Below, piece by piece: positions 1 to 8,517 of a DNA stretch of 64,000 nucleotides. This DNA comes from an uncultured Mycoplasmatota bacterium. GTDB lineage: Bacteria; Bacillota_I; Bacilli_A; RF39; UBA660. Location: positions 378,908 through 442,907 of the forward strand of contig CAMIXH010000001.1 in assembly GCA_946402735.1 (NCBI GenBank), in the 5' to 3' direction. Every line of letters begins with the position of its first letter. Position 1 is the first letter of the stretch. The notes beneath the pieces were generated by a model that was not told where the DNA came from, searched no databases, and saw only the letters and a list, made by a program, of their open reading frames with translations. The translations under genes were made by a program, and so were the position numbers.

Positions 1-467
1 CCAACCAATGTAAATGGAGGTAAATCTATTTTAATACTTCTACTTTGTCCATCACTACCAATAATGATATCTAATTTAAAGTCTTCCATAGCACTATATA
101 ATATTTCTTCTATATATCTTGGAATTCTATGTATTTCATCTATAAATAATACATCATGAGGTTCAAGTGTAGAAAGTATTGCTGCTAAATCTCCACTCTT
201 TTCAATAGTAGGTCCACTAGCAGTTTTAATATTAGTACCAAGTTCATTAGCAATAATATGAGCTAGTGTTGTTTTACCTAGTCCTGGAGGACCATATAAA
301 AGAACATGATCTAAATTAGTATTTCTCATTTTAGCAGCTTTAACAAATACCTTAATGTTTTCTTTAACATCGGTTTGACCAATATATTCATCAAATGAAT
401 CTGGTCTTATAGTTTTCTCAAAACTATCACTTTCAAGTTCGTGATTAGTTACTACTCTTTCCTCCAT
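1..467 (-). CDS. ruvB: Holliday junction helicase RuvB, N-terminal part (C-terminus lies beyond the window start)
   Basis: Minus-strand translation from ATG 465-467 gives [37 protein letters not shown] (Walker A) and [10 protein letters not shown] (Walker B). The frame is open to position 1 and lies downstream of ruvA. Confidence 0.9.
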   Translation of the reverse strand, partial: MEERVVTNHELESDSFEKTIRPDSFDEYIGQTDVKENIKVFVKAAKMRNTNLDHVLLYGPPGLGKTTLAHIIANELGTNIKTASGPTIEKSGDLAAILSTLEPHDVLFIDEIHRIPRYIEEILYSAMEDFKLDIIIGSDGQSRSIKIDLPPFTLV

Positions 468-1035
468 TATATTTCTCCTTTATATAATCATATATTTCTA
501 GCCAATTATCAACCCTTTTAAATCTTGTTTCTTTATGATTATATTCATTAGTAAATAATAATACATCTATACCTACATTTGCCACATCTTCACAATGTGA
601 TTCTTTATCATCAATAAATAAAGTAACATTGTTTTCAATACACTCATCTTCTTTAGTACCTGTATTTACAAATAATTTATCAAATTTAACTCCATACATA
701 TTTAACCAATCTTCAGTTAATTTATATGGATTATCTAAATACTTATCTTTTCTAAATGATATTATTACAATTTCCCATCCTTGATCGTGTAATAAATTAA
801 TAGTTTCCCTAGCATATGGTTTAATTGGAGTTCTAGACATAATAGCACCAAGTCTATCTTTGAAGAATTGTCCTTTCATTCCTTCTGGCCATCCCATCAT
901 TTCTGTAAATTCATAAGCATTTACATCCTTAACGCCAGTTCCACCTAAAACTTCTTTGTCATATTGATCTGCTTCAGCTATGATTAATTCATTTGTTGAA
1001 CAGATTGTATCATCCATATCAATTCCTAGTACCAT
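445..1035 (-). CDS. HAD-superfamily 5'(3')-deoxyribonucleotidase-like phosphatase (NT5C/YorS-like)
   Basis: 196-aa ORF with DxDxT motif GIDMDDT near the N-terminus and a late FIDD motif. Shine-Dalgarno is GGAAGAGG. Its stop overlaps the ruvB start by 23 nt. Confidence 0.55.
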   Translation of the reverse strand: MVLGIDMDDTICSTNELIIAEADQYDKEVLGGTGVKDVNAYEFTEMMGWPEGMKGQFFKDRLGAIMSRTPIKPYARETINLLHDQGWEIVIISFRKDKYLDNPYKLTEDWLNMYGVKFDKLFVNTGTKEDECIENNVTLFIDDKESHCEDVANVGIDVLLFTNEYNHKETRFKRVDNWLEIYDYIKEKYNGGKSSN

Positions 1036-1051
1036 AATAACCTCTTCCTTT

Positions 1052-1600
1052 TTATTTCAATAATAATTTTAATGATTCTCTTATTTGATCTTCTATACTT
1101 TGATCTTTATCAACTTTAGCAATAACATTTTTAATATCAGCCGTCTTATATCCTAAACTCTCTAGTGCTAAAGATAATTCATCAGTATCACTTTCAGGAT
1201 TTTCAATGCTAGCAAGTTTACCTTTCAAATCGAGTATAATTTGTCTTGCTAATTTCTCTCCTACTTTAGGTATTTTCTTTAAGTATAGAATGTTTTCTCT
1301 ATCAATTGCATCAACTAGTCCTGATAAAGAACAACTAGCTAAAATAGTTATAGCCATCTTAGGACCTAATCCTTTAACATCAATTAGTCTTAAGAATAAA
1401 TCCCTTTCTTCTTCACTAGAAAACCCATATAACGAGTTTTCATCTTCTCTAACATGATTATAAACATATACTTTTGTTTCTAAATCAGTCTTAAATTTAT
1501 AAGGATTGGGTGTAAATACTTTATATCCAACACCACCAACATCAATAACAATATAATTTGCTATTTGTCTTGTGATAATTCCTTTTAAATAATCATACAT
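1052..1600 (-). CDS. ruvA: Holliday junction DNA helicase subunit RuvA
   Basis: Starts MYDYLKGIIT..VIDVGGVGYKV. Has helix-hairpin-helix motifs (VKGLGPKMA, IPKVGEKLARQIILDLKGK) and is about 180 aa. Confidence 0.9.
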   Translation of the reverse strand: MYDYLKGIITRQIANYIVIDVGGVGYKVFTPNPYKFKTDLETKVYVYNHVREDENSLYGFSSEEERDLFLRLIDVKGLGPKMAITILASCSLSGLVDAIDRENILYLKKIPKVGEKLARQIILDLKGKLASIENPESDTDELSLALESLGYKTADIKNVIAKVDKDQSIEDQIRESLKLLLK

Positions 1601-1658
1601 AATATCATCCTCACATTATTAATTATATCAATTAAAAACAACTATTACTAGTTATTTT

Positions 1659-2816
1659 TTATTTTAATGGTTTACAAATTACAGTTGATTGTACAGAAGT
1701 TAATACTTCTTCTGCTTTATACCATCCCCAAGAACCATATTTGTAATTAAGATTATATGCATTTCCAATAAATATTTCACCTTCATAATAATCTATTAAT
1801 GACATATAATGTTGAGATCCAGTAAAACTACTTTTTCCACCTTTACTTTTTCCCCATACTTTTACACTAACAACGCTTCCTTCTTCCATAGCAGAAATAA
1901 TGTGTTCATTTGTTATTTTACCTAAATCATATTTTGTACAGTCATATGAGTTATTAGTTTGTTTTTCAATAACAGTATCATGATGATAATCATCACCAAA
2001 TCTAACAGCGTCAGTTGGTCTAACATCTGGATTATATGCTGATATTAATACAGTTTGAGTAGTAAGTCCACATCCGCCATCGCAATAAGTACCACTACCT
2101 ATTTTAATATTTCTCCATCCACCTTCACATTGGTTATATAAATAGAATTTTAAGTTGTTATAACCATTAATATGATATCTAACACTATTTGATTCAGTAA
2201 CTACATCAGTCTTAGTATAATGTTTAATATCATTATACCTATTTAATAGTTTATTTCTTAGATCCTCATTTTCTATATTATTAATATCATTTGAAATAGC
2301 TTTATATTCTGTTAAGTCAAAATTTTTATCTAATCTATTAAGCCTATCTTCTAAATTAAAATATACATCTAATTCATTTATTTTATTCTGTAAATCAATA
2401 CTTATGTTGTCATCATTAATATTATTTGCATAGCCCATAGCTGTATTATAATCATTCCTATCTAAGCTTTCATATGCTTTATCAATATAAATATTAGCAT
2501 TTGTTATAAATGCATTTTCTATTCCTTCACTAGTAGCATTATTAATACAAGTGGTGTATTCTTCATTGTTACCAGATATATATGCTATTACCCTTACAAA
2601 AGTAGGAATTAAAAAAATTAGAATAGCTGCTATTACCTTATTTATCATTGGTTTAGTTATTTTATTTAATTCAGCATTAGTAACTGCTTTTAATAAACTA
2701 ATCATAACACTTACCATTAAAATAATAGGTACACTTATTCTAATAATAGTAATTACTATGTTTATAATTCTAATTACTTTTAAAGAATCAGGTAAATTAC
2801 ATATACTTAATATCAT
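1659..2816 (-). CDS. Membrane-anchored protein: two-TM N-terminal module, helical linker, C-terminal papain-like (C39-like) cysteine peptidase-type domain
   Basis: The N-terminal ~95 aa are about 60 percent identical by eye to ORF 58596..59690. The C-terminus has CDGGCGLTTQTVLISAY (Cys nucleophile context) and GSQHYMSLIDY (His). It starts 10 nt after the sigH-like stop. Confidence 0.4.
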   Translation of the reverse strand: MILSICNLPDSLKVIRIINIVITIIRISVPIILMVSVMISLLKAVTNAELNKITKPMINKVIAAILIFLIPTFVRVIAYISGNNEEYTTCINNATSEGIENAFITNANIYIDKAYESLDRNDYNTAMGYANNINDDNISIDLQNKINELDVYFNLEDRLNRLDKNFDLTEYKAISNDINNIENEDLRNKLLNRYNDIKHYTKTDVVTESNSVRYHINGYNNLKFYLYNQCEGGWRNIKIGSGTYCDGGCGLTTQTVLISAYNPDVRPTDAVRFGDDYHHDTVIEKQTNNSYDCTKYDLGKITNEHIISAMEEGSVVSVKVWGKSKGGKSSFTGSQHYMSLIDYYEGEIFIGNAYNLNYKYGSWGWYKAEEVLTSVQSTVICKPLK

Positions 2817-2825
2817 AATAATCTC

Positions 2826-3431
2826 CTATTTTAGTAATTCTTTATATTTTTGATTTATCCTATACATAGTATTTTCTATATTCTTTTTATCTTTATCAAG
2901 TAATACTGATATTTCAGCATTAGAAAGTCCTTTTAATCTTAACTCAAATATTTCGTTTTCACTTTCACTTAATTTAGCTCTTATTCTTGAAATAATATCA
3001 TCAGTTTCTTCTTTATCCAGTAATAAAGCAGATGGATCAGATGAATCATCTTTAAATATTTCATAAAAAGACGAATTAGAGTCTTCAATTAAATTATCAA
3101 GTGAATATGAATTATTTAATATATTATTTTTCTTTCTAAATGATTGTCTCATAGCTGAAATAATACTATTTTTAATACATGCATTAGCATAAGTATAAAA
3201 TGTATTATCTCTATTAGTATCAAAAGTTTTAATTGCATGTATTAATCCAATTAAACCTTCTTGATAAAGATCTGCTACTTCCATACCACGAATATCATAT
3301 TCTTTTAAATATTCTTTTAATATTTTTAAAATACAATTTCTATATTTATCTATTAATAATGTAGTAGCTTCTTCATTATTCTCAGAACATAAATATACTA
3401 GTTCATTATCATTTAGTGTTTTATAATCCAT
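2826..3431 (-). CDS. sigH: Sigma-70 family sigma factor, SigH-like
   Basis: Motifs LIDKYRNCI, YQEGLIGLIHAIKTFD, ANACIKNSIISAMR and the region 4 HTH LSNAEISVLLDKDKKNIENTMYRI. It lies directly downstream of rlmB, as in Bacillus (yacO-yacP-sigH). Confidence 0.6.
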   Translation of the reverse strand: MDYKTLNDNELVYLCSENNEEATTLLIDKYRNCILKILKEYLKEYDIRGMEVADLYQEGLIGLIHAIKTFDTNRDNTFYTYANACIKNSIISAMRQSFRKKNNILNNSYSLDNLIEDSNSSFYEIFKDDSSDPSALLLDKEETDDIISRIRAKLSESENEIFELRLKGLSNAEISVLLDKDKKNIENTMYRINQKYKELLK

Positions 3432-3440
3432 TTTACTCCC

Positions 3441-4139
3441 CTATTTATATTTCATTATTTCATAAATTAATATTCCTGCTGCTACACTAGCATTTAATGA
3501 ATTTATTTTACCTTTCATAGGTAAAGATACTATTTCATCACAACTAGATGTAACTATTTGTTTTAATCCATGTCCCTCACTACCAATAACCAGACATGTT
3601 TTTCCTCTAAAATCAACAGTTCTATAATCTTTACCATTAGCTTCAGCACCATAAACCCAATAACCTAAATCTTTTAATTTTCTAATTGTATTTGATAGGT
3701 TTACTACTTCTACTATTTTCATATGAGATAAAGCACCACTAGCAGTCTTATAAACAGTACTATTAACTGATACACTTCTCTTTTTAGGAATAATAATATA
3801 ATTTACTCCAGCACATTCACAAGTTCTAATAATAGCCCCAAAATTATGAGGATCCTCTAGTGAATCTAACATAACTATAAAATTAGAAGATTCATCTTTT
3901 TCAATATCTTCTAATTCTAAATATTTATATTCTTCAATATCAAGTGCTATACCTTGATTAGCACTATTATTGCACATTTTATCTAATTTATTTTTATCAA
4001 TATGAAATTTTTTAAGATTCTTCTTATTAATTTTATCTAATAATACTTGATCATTAAAATTATTATCAAGAAATACTTTAAATACTTTAGTATTCCCATC
4101 TAATATTTCATTTACAGTATTTCTTCCATATACTAGCAT
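3441..4139 (-). CDS. rlmB: TrmH/SpoU-family 23S rRNA 2'-O-ribose methyltransferase (RlmB/YacO-like)
   Basis: Motifs LDSLEDPHNFGAIIRT, LVIGSEGHGL and SLNASVAAGILIYE (SpoU knot motifs), plus an N-terminal substrate-binding segment. Confidence 0.75.
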   Translation of the reverse strand: MLVYGRNTVNEILDGNTKVFKVFLDNNFNDQVLLDKINKKNLKKFHIDKNKLDKMCNNSANQGIALDIEEYKYLELEDIEKDESSNFIVMLDSLEDPHNFGAIIRTCECAGVNYIIIPKKRSVSVNSTVYKTASGALSHMKIVEVVNLSNTIRKLKDLGYWVYGAEANGKDYRTVDFRGKTCLVIGSEGHGLKQIVTSSCDEIVSLPMKGKINSLNASVAAGILIYEIMKYK

Positions 4140-4148
4140 AAATACCCC

Positions 4149-4964
4149 CTAGAATATGATTTCTTTATCTACACTATTATATAAATCATCAAGTTTTGGT
4201 TTTCTTGATTGAGAAATCATTATATATAAACCAACAAGAAACATTACTACACTAACTAATTGTGCTATTTTTAATTTTCCTATTAATAAAGCATCTGTTC
4301 TAAAGAATTCAATAAAGAATCTTATAAATCCATACCACATTAAATAGAATGAAAATACTTGTCCATTTTTAATATATTTTTTTCTTCTAATAAATAATAT
4401 AATTATAAATCCTAAAAAACATAATAATGATTCAAAATAGAACATAGGTAAATGATATGCATCATTGATATACATATTGTCAATTACAAATTGAGGAATG
4501 AATTTTAAATCAACTAATGTTTTATATTCAACTACTCCACCATATGCTTCAGCATTGAAGAAATTTCCCCATCTACCAATTGCTTGACCTAATATAAGAG
4601 CAGGACAAATAATATCTAGCATTTTCTTAGGGTTTACTTTATATTTATGAGAATAGAATATTATTACAAATAAACCTACTAATAATCCACCATGAATAGC
4701 AAGACCACCATTCCATACTTTAACTATTTCACTTAAATGATCTTTATAATATGACATATTAAATAAAACATAGTAAAGTCTTGCACCAACTATACCAAAA
4801 ATAATAGTCCAAAACATTAAATTAAATACAAATTCATGTTTAATTTTGAATCTACCACTTTCTGATTTAATTAAGAAGTAAGCTAAAACAACACCTAATA
4901 ATATTAGTATGCTATACCATCTTAATTCAAAACCAAATATTTCAAAAGCAACCGGTGATATCAT
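4149..4964 (-). CDS. lgt: Prolipoprotein diacylglyceryl transferase
   Basis: Polytopic membrane protein with the Lgt signature GRWGNFFNAEAYG and RWYSILILLG at the N-terminus. Confidence 0.9.
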   Translation of the reverse strand: MISPVAFEIFGFELRWYSILILLGVVLAYFLIKSESGRFKIKHEFVFNLMFWTIIFGIVGARLYYVLFNMSYYKDHLSEIVKVWNGGLAIHGGLLVGLFVIIFYSHKYKVNPKKMLDIICPALILGQAIGRWGNFFNAEAYGGVVEYKTLVDLKFIPQFVIDNMYINDAYHLPMFYFESLLCFLGFIIILFIRRKKYIKNGQVFSFYLMWYGFIRFFIEFFRTDALLIGKLKIAQLVSVVMFLVGLYIMISQSRKPKLDDLYNSVDKEIIF

Positions 4965-4965
4965 A

Positions 4966-5376
4966 TTATCTACCTCCTATTTTATCTGTAATTAGTTTAT
5001 CTAGCATAATCTTTAATAAACTTATAAATATTGATATTAAAAACATAGAAAAGAATCCATGTATTATAAATGCTTCTCCCATAATAATATCACATATTTC
5101 AAGTATAATCATATTAACAATTGGATATGCTATTCCAAATGTTATTATACTAAGTGGTAAAGTCCAATAAATTAATATTGGTTTTACTACATAATTTAGT
5201 GCACTCATAACTAAAGCAGCTATTAATGCATAAGCAAAATTAGTTATTTCAAAGTTTGAAAATAGATTACTTGCAATAAATAAAACTACTGCATATACAA
5301 CTATACCTACTATAAACTTTAAAAAATCATTTTTTCTTTCTTCTTTATCAATTCTATATAATTTAGCTTTACTCAT
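4966..5376 (-). CDS. YvlD/DUF360 (phage-holin-4_2 family) small membrane protein
   Basis: 136 aa with 4 TM segments. The pattern LNYVVKPILIYWTLPLSIITFGIAYPIVNMIIL is typical of the family. Confidence 0.5.
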   Translation of the reverse strand: MSKAKLYRIDKEERKNDFLKFIVGIVVYAVVLFIASNLFSNFEITNFAYALIAALVMSALNYVVKPILIYWTLPLSIITFGIAYPIVNMIILEICDIIMGEAFIIHGFFSMFLISIFISLLKIMLDKLITDKIGGR

Positions 5377-5378
5377 TA

Positions 5379-5828
5379 TTACCTACATCCATTTAATTGT
5401 GTTGTATATGTAGACCCACCCTCAGTAGTATAAGAATCTCCACAATATAAATATACTTTTCCATTTTTATATTTATACCCATCTAAATCATAGACAACAA
5501 TACCTCTGCAAGCAGTTGATTCTTTATAATAAACATCTTTAATTACTTTTCTTCCTTGAAGAGAACTTAAACAAAAATATACTTTATTTTCATCTATAAC
5601 ATTCTTATCTTCTTGACATGCATTTCGATATTCATCATCTATTGGATTTCTACAGTAATCCTCTAAATATAAATTAGCAGCATCAAGTACTTCATTTTCA
5701 CTTACTTTCATAGTATCATCTATAGCACCATTAAATAATTTAACAACACCAGGAATAATCATAATACTAAGCATTCCTATAATTGCAATAACTGCTAATA
5801 TCTCAATTAATGTGAAACCTTTTTTCAT
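5379..5828 (-). CDS. Type IV pilin-like / pseudopilin protein (prepilin N-terminal methylation motif), Cys-rich
   Basis: Starts MKKG-FTLIEILAVIAIIGML (Gly-1, Phe+1, Glu+5). I trimmed the start to ATG 5828, which has AGGTGA upstream; the track ORF runs to 5855. Confidence 0.75.
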   Translation of the reverse strand: MKKGFTLIEILAVIAIIGMLSIMIIPGVVKLFNGAIDDTMKVSENEVLDAANLYLEDYCRNPIDDEYRNACQEDKNVIDENKVYFCLSSLQGRKVIKDVYYKESTACRGIVVYDLDGYKYKNGKVYLYCGDSYTTEGGSTYTTQLNGCR

Positions 5829-5845
5829 ACAATCACCTATTATAT

Positions 5846-5875
5846 ATTTTAACATTAGAGTATGGTCAATTTCAA
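5846..5875 (-). promoter_or_regulatory. Promoter of the 149-aa pilin-like gene
   Basis: Minus strand: TTGAAA, 18 nt spacer, and extended -10 TGTTAAAAT. It lies just downstream of the rpmF terminator. Confidence 0.5.
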
Positions 5876-5883
5876 TACAATAT

Positions 5884-5910
5884 CAAAAAAAGTCAATCTA
5901 TTGATTGACT
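5884..5910 (-). terminator. Rho-independent terminator of rpmF
   Basis: AGTCAATC / GATTGACT 8-bp stem with a 4-nt loop and TTTTTTT tail. It overlaps the stop codon. Confidence 0.75.
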
Positions 5911-6124
5911 ATTTTGTTTCTTCTTTATTAACTTTTAAAGTTTCTTTTCCTTTATAATAACCACACTTTGTACAAGCTCTGTGTGGAGCAACTACAGCAC
6001 CACAATTGCTACATGTAGTTGTAGTAGGAGCAGTTTTCTTTAAATGTGTTCTTCTTTGTCTTTTAGCAGTTTTACTAACTCTTCTAAAAGGTAGTGCACC
6101 AAATAAAGTAATGTTTAATTTCAT
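5909..6124 (-). CDS. rpmF: 50S ribosomal protein L32 with a 8-9 residue N-terminal extension
   Basis: ATG at 6122-6124 with GGAGG 7 nt upstream. Translation is MKLNITLFGALPFRRVSKTAKRQRRTH..CSNCG..CTKCG (zinc ribbon). The track ORF extends further upstream without a Shine-Dalgarno. Confidence 0.9.
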   Translation of the reverse strand: MKLNITLFGALPFRRVSKTAKRQRRTHLKKTAPTTTTCSNCGAVVAPHRACTKCGYYKGKETLKVNKEETK

Positions 6125-6226
6125 TTTTATTCCTCCTTCGCGCGATTTATAGTTTATAAACTTTTTTGCATTGCTTATGTATTTTCTCATAAATATATAA
6201 AAATATCAAGTAAAAAAGATTAAAAA

Positions 6227-6255
6227 TTGAAGAAATAATACTAATTTGTTATAAT
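6227..6255 (+). promoter_or_regulatory. Promoter of tmcAL
   Basis: TTGAAG, 17 nt spacer, TATAAT with a TGT extension. Confidence 0.6.
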
Positions 6256-6280
6256 AAATGCGTATTTAGGAGGATAAAAT

Positions 6281-7420
6281 ATGAATATAATTGGTATTGT
6301 TTGTGAATATAATCCATTTCATAATGGACATTTATATCAAATAAATGAAATAAAAAAAAGATATAAAGACTCTATAATAGTAGTAGTAACATCTACTTCA
6401 TTTACACAAAGAGGACAATTATCAGTGCTTAATAAATGGGATAAAACTAAAGTAGCTTTAATGAATAATGTTGATATTGTTGTAGAACTACCTTATGTAT
6501 ATTCAGTAGAATCAAGTGATATATTTGCTCACTACTCTATTAAATTATTAAATGAATTGAAAATAGACACATTAATATTTGGTAGTGAAAGTAATAATAT
6601 TGATCATTTAAAAGAATCAGCTAAAGTTCAATTAAATAACAAAGAATTTAATGGCTTAGTAAAGAAATATTTAAGTGATGGTATAAATTATCCTACTGCA
6701 TTAAATAACGCCTTAAAAGACCTAAAATGTGCTCCTATTAATACACCAAATGATCTACTAGGAATATCATATATTAAATCTATATTAAATAATAATTATA
6801 AAATTAATGTTGAACCAATACAAAGAACAAATGATTATCATGATATAGAATCAGATGATATTATTGCTTCTGCATCTAATATTAGAAATAGAATTATTAA
6901 TAATGAAGAATATAAACATATGGTTCCAAAGGTAGTATACGAATTATTAAAAGATAAAAAACAATCAGATAAATACTTTGAATATTTAAAATATAAAATA
7001 ATATCAGAAGATAATTTAGATAAATACTTAGATGTAGATGAAGGACTAAGTTCTAGAATAAAAAATGTCATTAATAAATCTAATACTTTAGAAGAACTAA
7101 TTCAAAATATAAAAACAAAAAGATATACATATAATAAAATATCAAGAATGTTAAACCATATATTATGTTCATTTACTAAAGATGAAAGAAAGAAAACTGA
7201 TAAATTAGAATATATTAGAATATTAGGATTCTCAAGTAATGGAAAGAAATATTTAAATAAGATTAAAAAGGATATTAAAACTCCTATATTAAATAAATAT
7301 GATACTAATTATAAAGCTTTAGAAATAGAAAAAAGAGTTAGTGAAATATACTCATTAATATATGAAGATATAATGGATTTAGAAATTCAAAATAAACCAA
7401 TAAAAAAAGATGAATTATAA
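6281..7420 (+). CDS. tmcAL: tRNA(Met) cytidine acetate ligase (YlbM/TmcAL family nucleotidyltransferase)
   Basis: Starts MNIIGIVCEYNPFHNGHLYQ, then MSxxFxQRG-like TSTSFTQRGQ and DIVVELPYVY. It is divergent from rpmF, as ylbM is in Bacillus. Confidence 0.8.
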   Translation: MNIIGIVCEYNPFHNGHLYQINEIKKRYKDSIIVVVTSTSFTQRGQLSVLNKWDKTKVALMNNVDIVVELPYVYSVESSDIFAHYSIKLLNELKIDTLIFGSESNNIDHLKESAKVQLNNKEFNGLVKKYLSDGINYPTALNNALKDLKCAPINTPNDLLGISYIKSILNNNYKINVEPIQRTNDYHDIESDDIIASASNIRNRIINNEEYKHMVPKVVYELLKDKKQSDKYFEYLKYKIISEDNLDKYLDVDEGLSSRIKNVINKSNTLEELIQNIKTKRYTYNKISRMLNHILCSFTKDERKKTDKLEYIRILGFSSNGKKYLNKIKKDIKTPILNKYDTNYKALEIEKRVSEIYSLIYEDIMDLEIQNKPIKKDEL

Positions 7421-7433
7421 TTCATCTTTTATT
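7403..7433. terminator. Bidirectional terminator between convergent tmcAL and the pilin-like gene
   Basis: AAAGATGAATT / AATTCATCTTT palindrome flanked by A-runs and T-runs. Confidence 0.7.
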
Positions 7434-8508
7434 TTATTGTACTATCATTATATTCTACATAATATGTATTGTTAGGACAATTTGAGCCATCACATTTTCT
7501 AATAGTACCAAATCTATTATGTGGATCAGTTAATGTACTATCTAATATTTCTATTTTTTGTAATGTCTCAGGATCATTAACCCATGGTTTAGAGAAAGTT
7601 GTCTTTTGAAGACTTCTAGTATAACCAAATATTACCATATTTGAAGTAGATGGACAGTTAGTTCTACATAAATCATTTGATATTTCAATATATACATCTG
7701 CTGGACTATAAGCATCTACTTTTGCACTATAGTTTCCTAAGTATTTATAACCGCTATAATTATCTAAATTAATCCTATTATAATCTGGTTTGTTAGCATA
7801 AGTAATACTTGCTAGTAATTCTTTTTTAGTAGAATCTCTGTATACTTTTACATAACTAGAAGTAGTAAACCTACCAATATCCACAGAAATTACCAAATCA
7901 TCTTCTTCACTACCCCTAGCACCAGAAATTATCCAAGCATGACTATTAGTATATACATAATTATCTTTTGTTGTTTTTAAACATATTTCTTTAACATCTT
8001 CTGTTAGAGAAAAACTACCAAGTGTTGTAATTAATTTATATCTACATCCTGGATTTGCACCTCTATAAGCATCATCTTGTGCTACATGTAATACATCATC
8101 TTCTGCAAGTACTGCTACTTGATCAGCATTACTAATATTAGTAGCAAGTAAATCTCCTTCATCATAAAAGTATTGGTATGTTCCATCTGTTGCATAGAAT
8201 TCAATTACTTTACCTGCTTTATTTAATCTAATTAAATAATCTATAGTTTTTCTTCCACTTAAAGATAATTCTTTTTCAGTACAATCAGAACATCTAGCAT
8301 ATGTAACATCTTTAGTATCAAACATAGAATCCATCATCCATTGTTGTTGAGCTGTTTTATATATTTCTTTACATTCAGTTAAGAATGAATTCTTTTTAGC
8401 ATCATTGAATAACTCTATAATATTTGGAAGTGCAACTATAACAAGTAATGATAAAATTGCAACAACAGCTAATAATTCTACTAATGTAAATCCTTTATTC
8501 TTTTCCAT
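7429..8508 (-). CDS. Type IV pilin-like protein with a large C-terminal extension (359 aa)
   Basis: Starts MEKNKG-FTLVELLAVVAILSLL. The first ~120 aa are paralogous to 8518..9312. Its Shine-Dalgarno AAGGAGA overlaps the upstream stop codon. Confidence 0.75.
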   Translation of the reverse strand: MEKNKGFTLVELLAVVAILSLLVIVALPNIIELFNDAKKNSFLTECKEIYKTAQQQWMMDSMFDTKDVTYARCSDCTEKELSLSGRKTIDYLIRLNKAGKVIEFYATDGTYQYFYDEGDLLATNISNADQVAVLAEDDVLHVAQDDAYRGANPGCRYKLITTLGSFSLTEDVKEICLKTTKDNYVYTNSHAWIISGARGSEEDDLVISVDIGRFTTSSYVKVYRDSTKKELLASITYANKPDYNRINLDNYSGYKYLGNYSAKVDAYSPADVYIEISNDLCRTNCPSTSNMVIFGYTRSLQKTTFSKPWVNDPETLQKIEILDSTLTDPHNRFGTIRKCDGSNCPNNTYYVEYNDSTIK

Positions 8509-8517
8509 ATATTCTCC

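Noticed and set aside
4966-5376. A holin-family annotation suggested a prophage remnant.
   Set aside because: YvlD/DUF360-type proteins are common chromosomal membrane proteins. No endolysin, terminase, capsid or integrase gene lies nearby. The gene sits in an lgt-containing housekeeping string.
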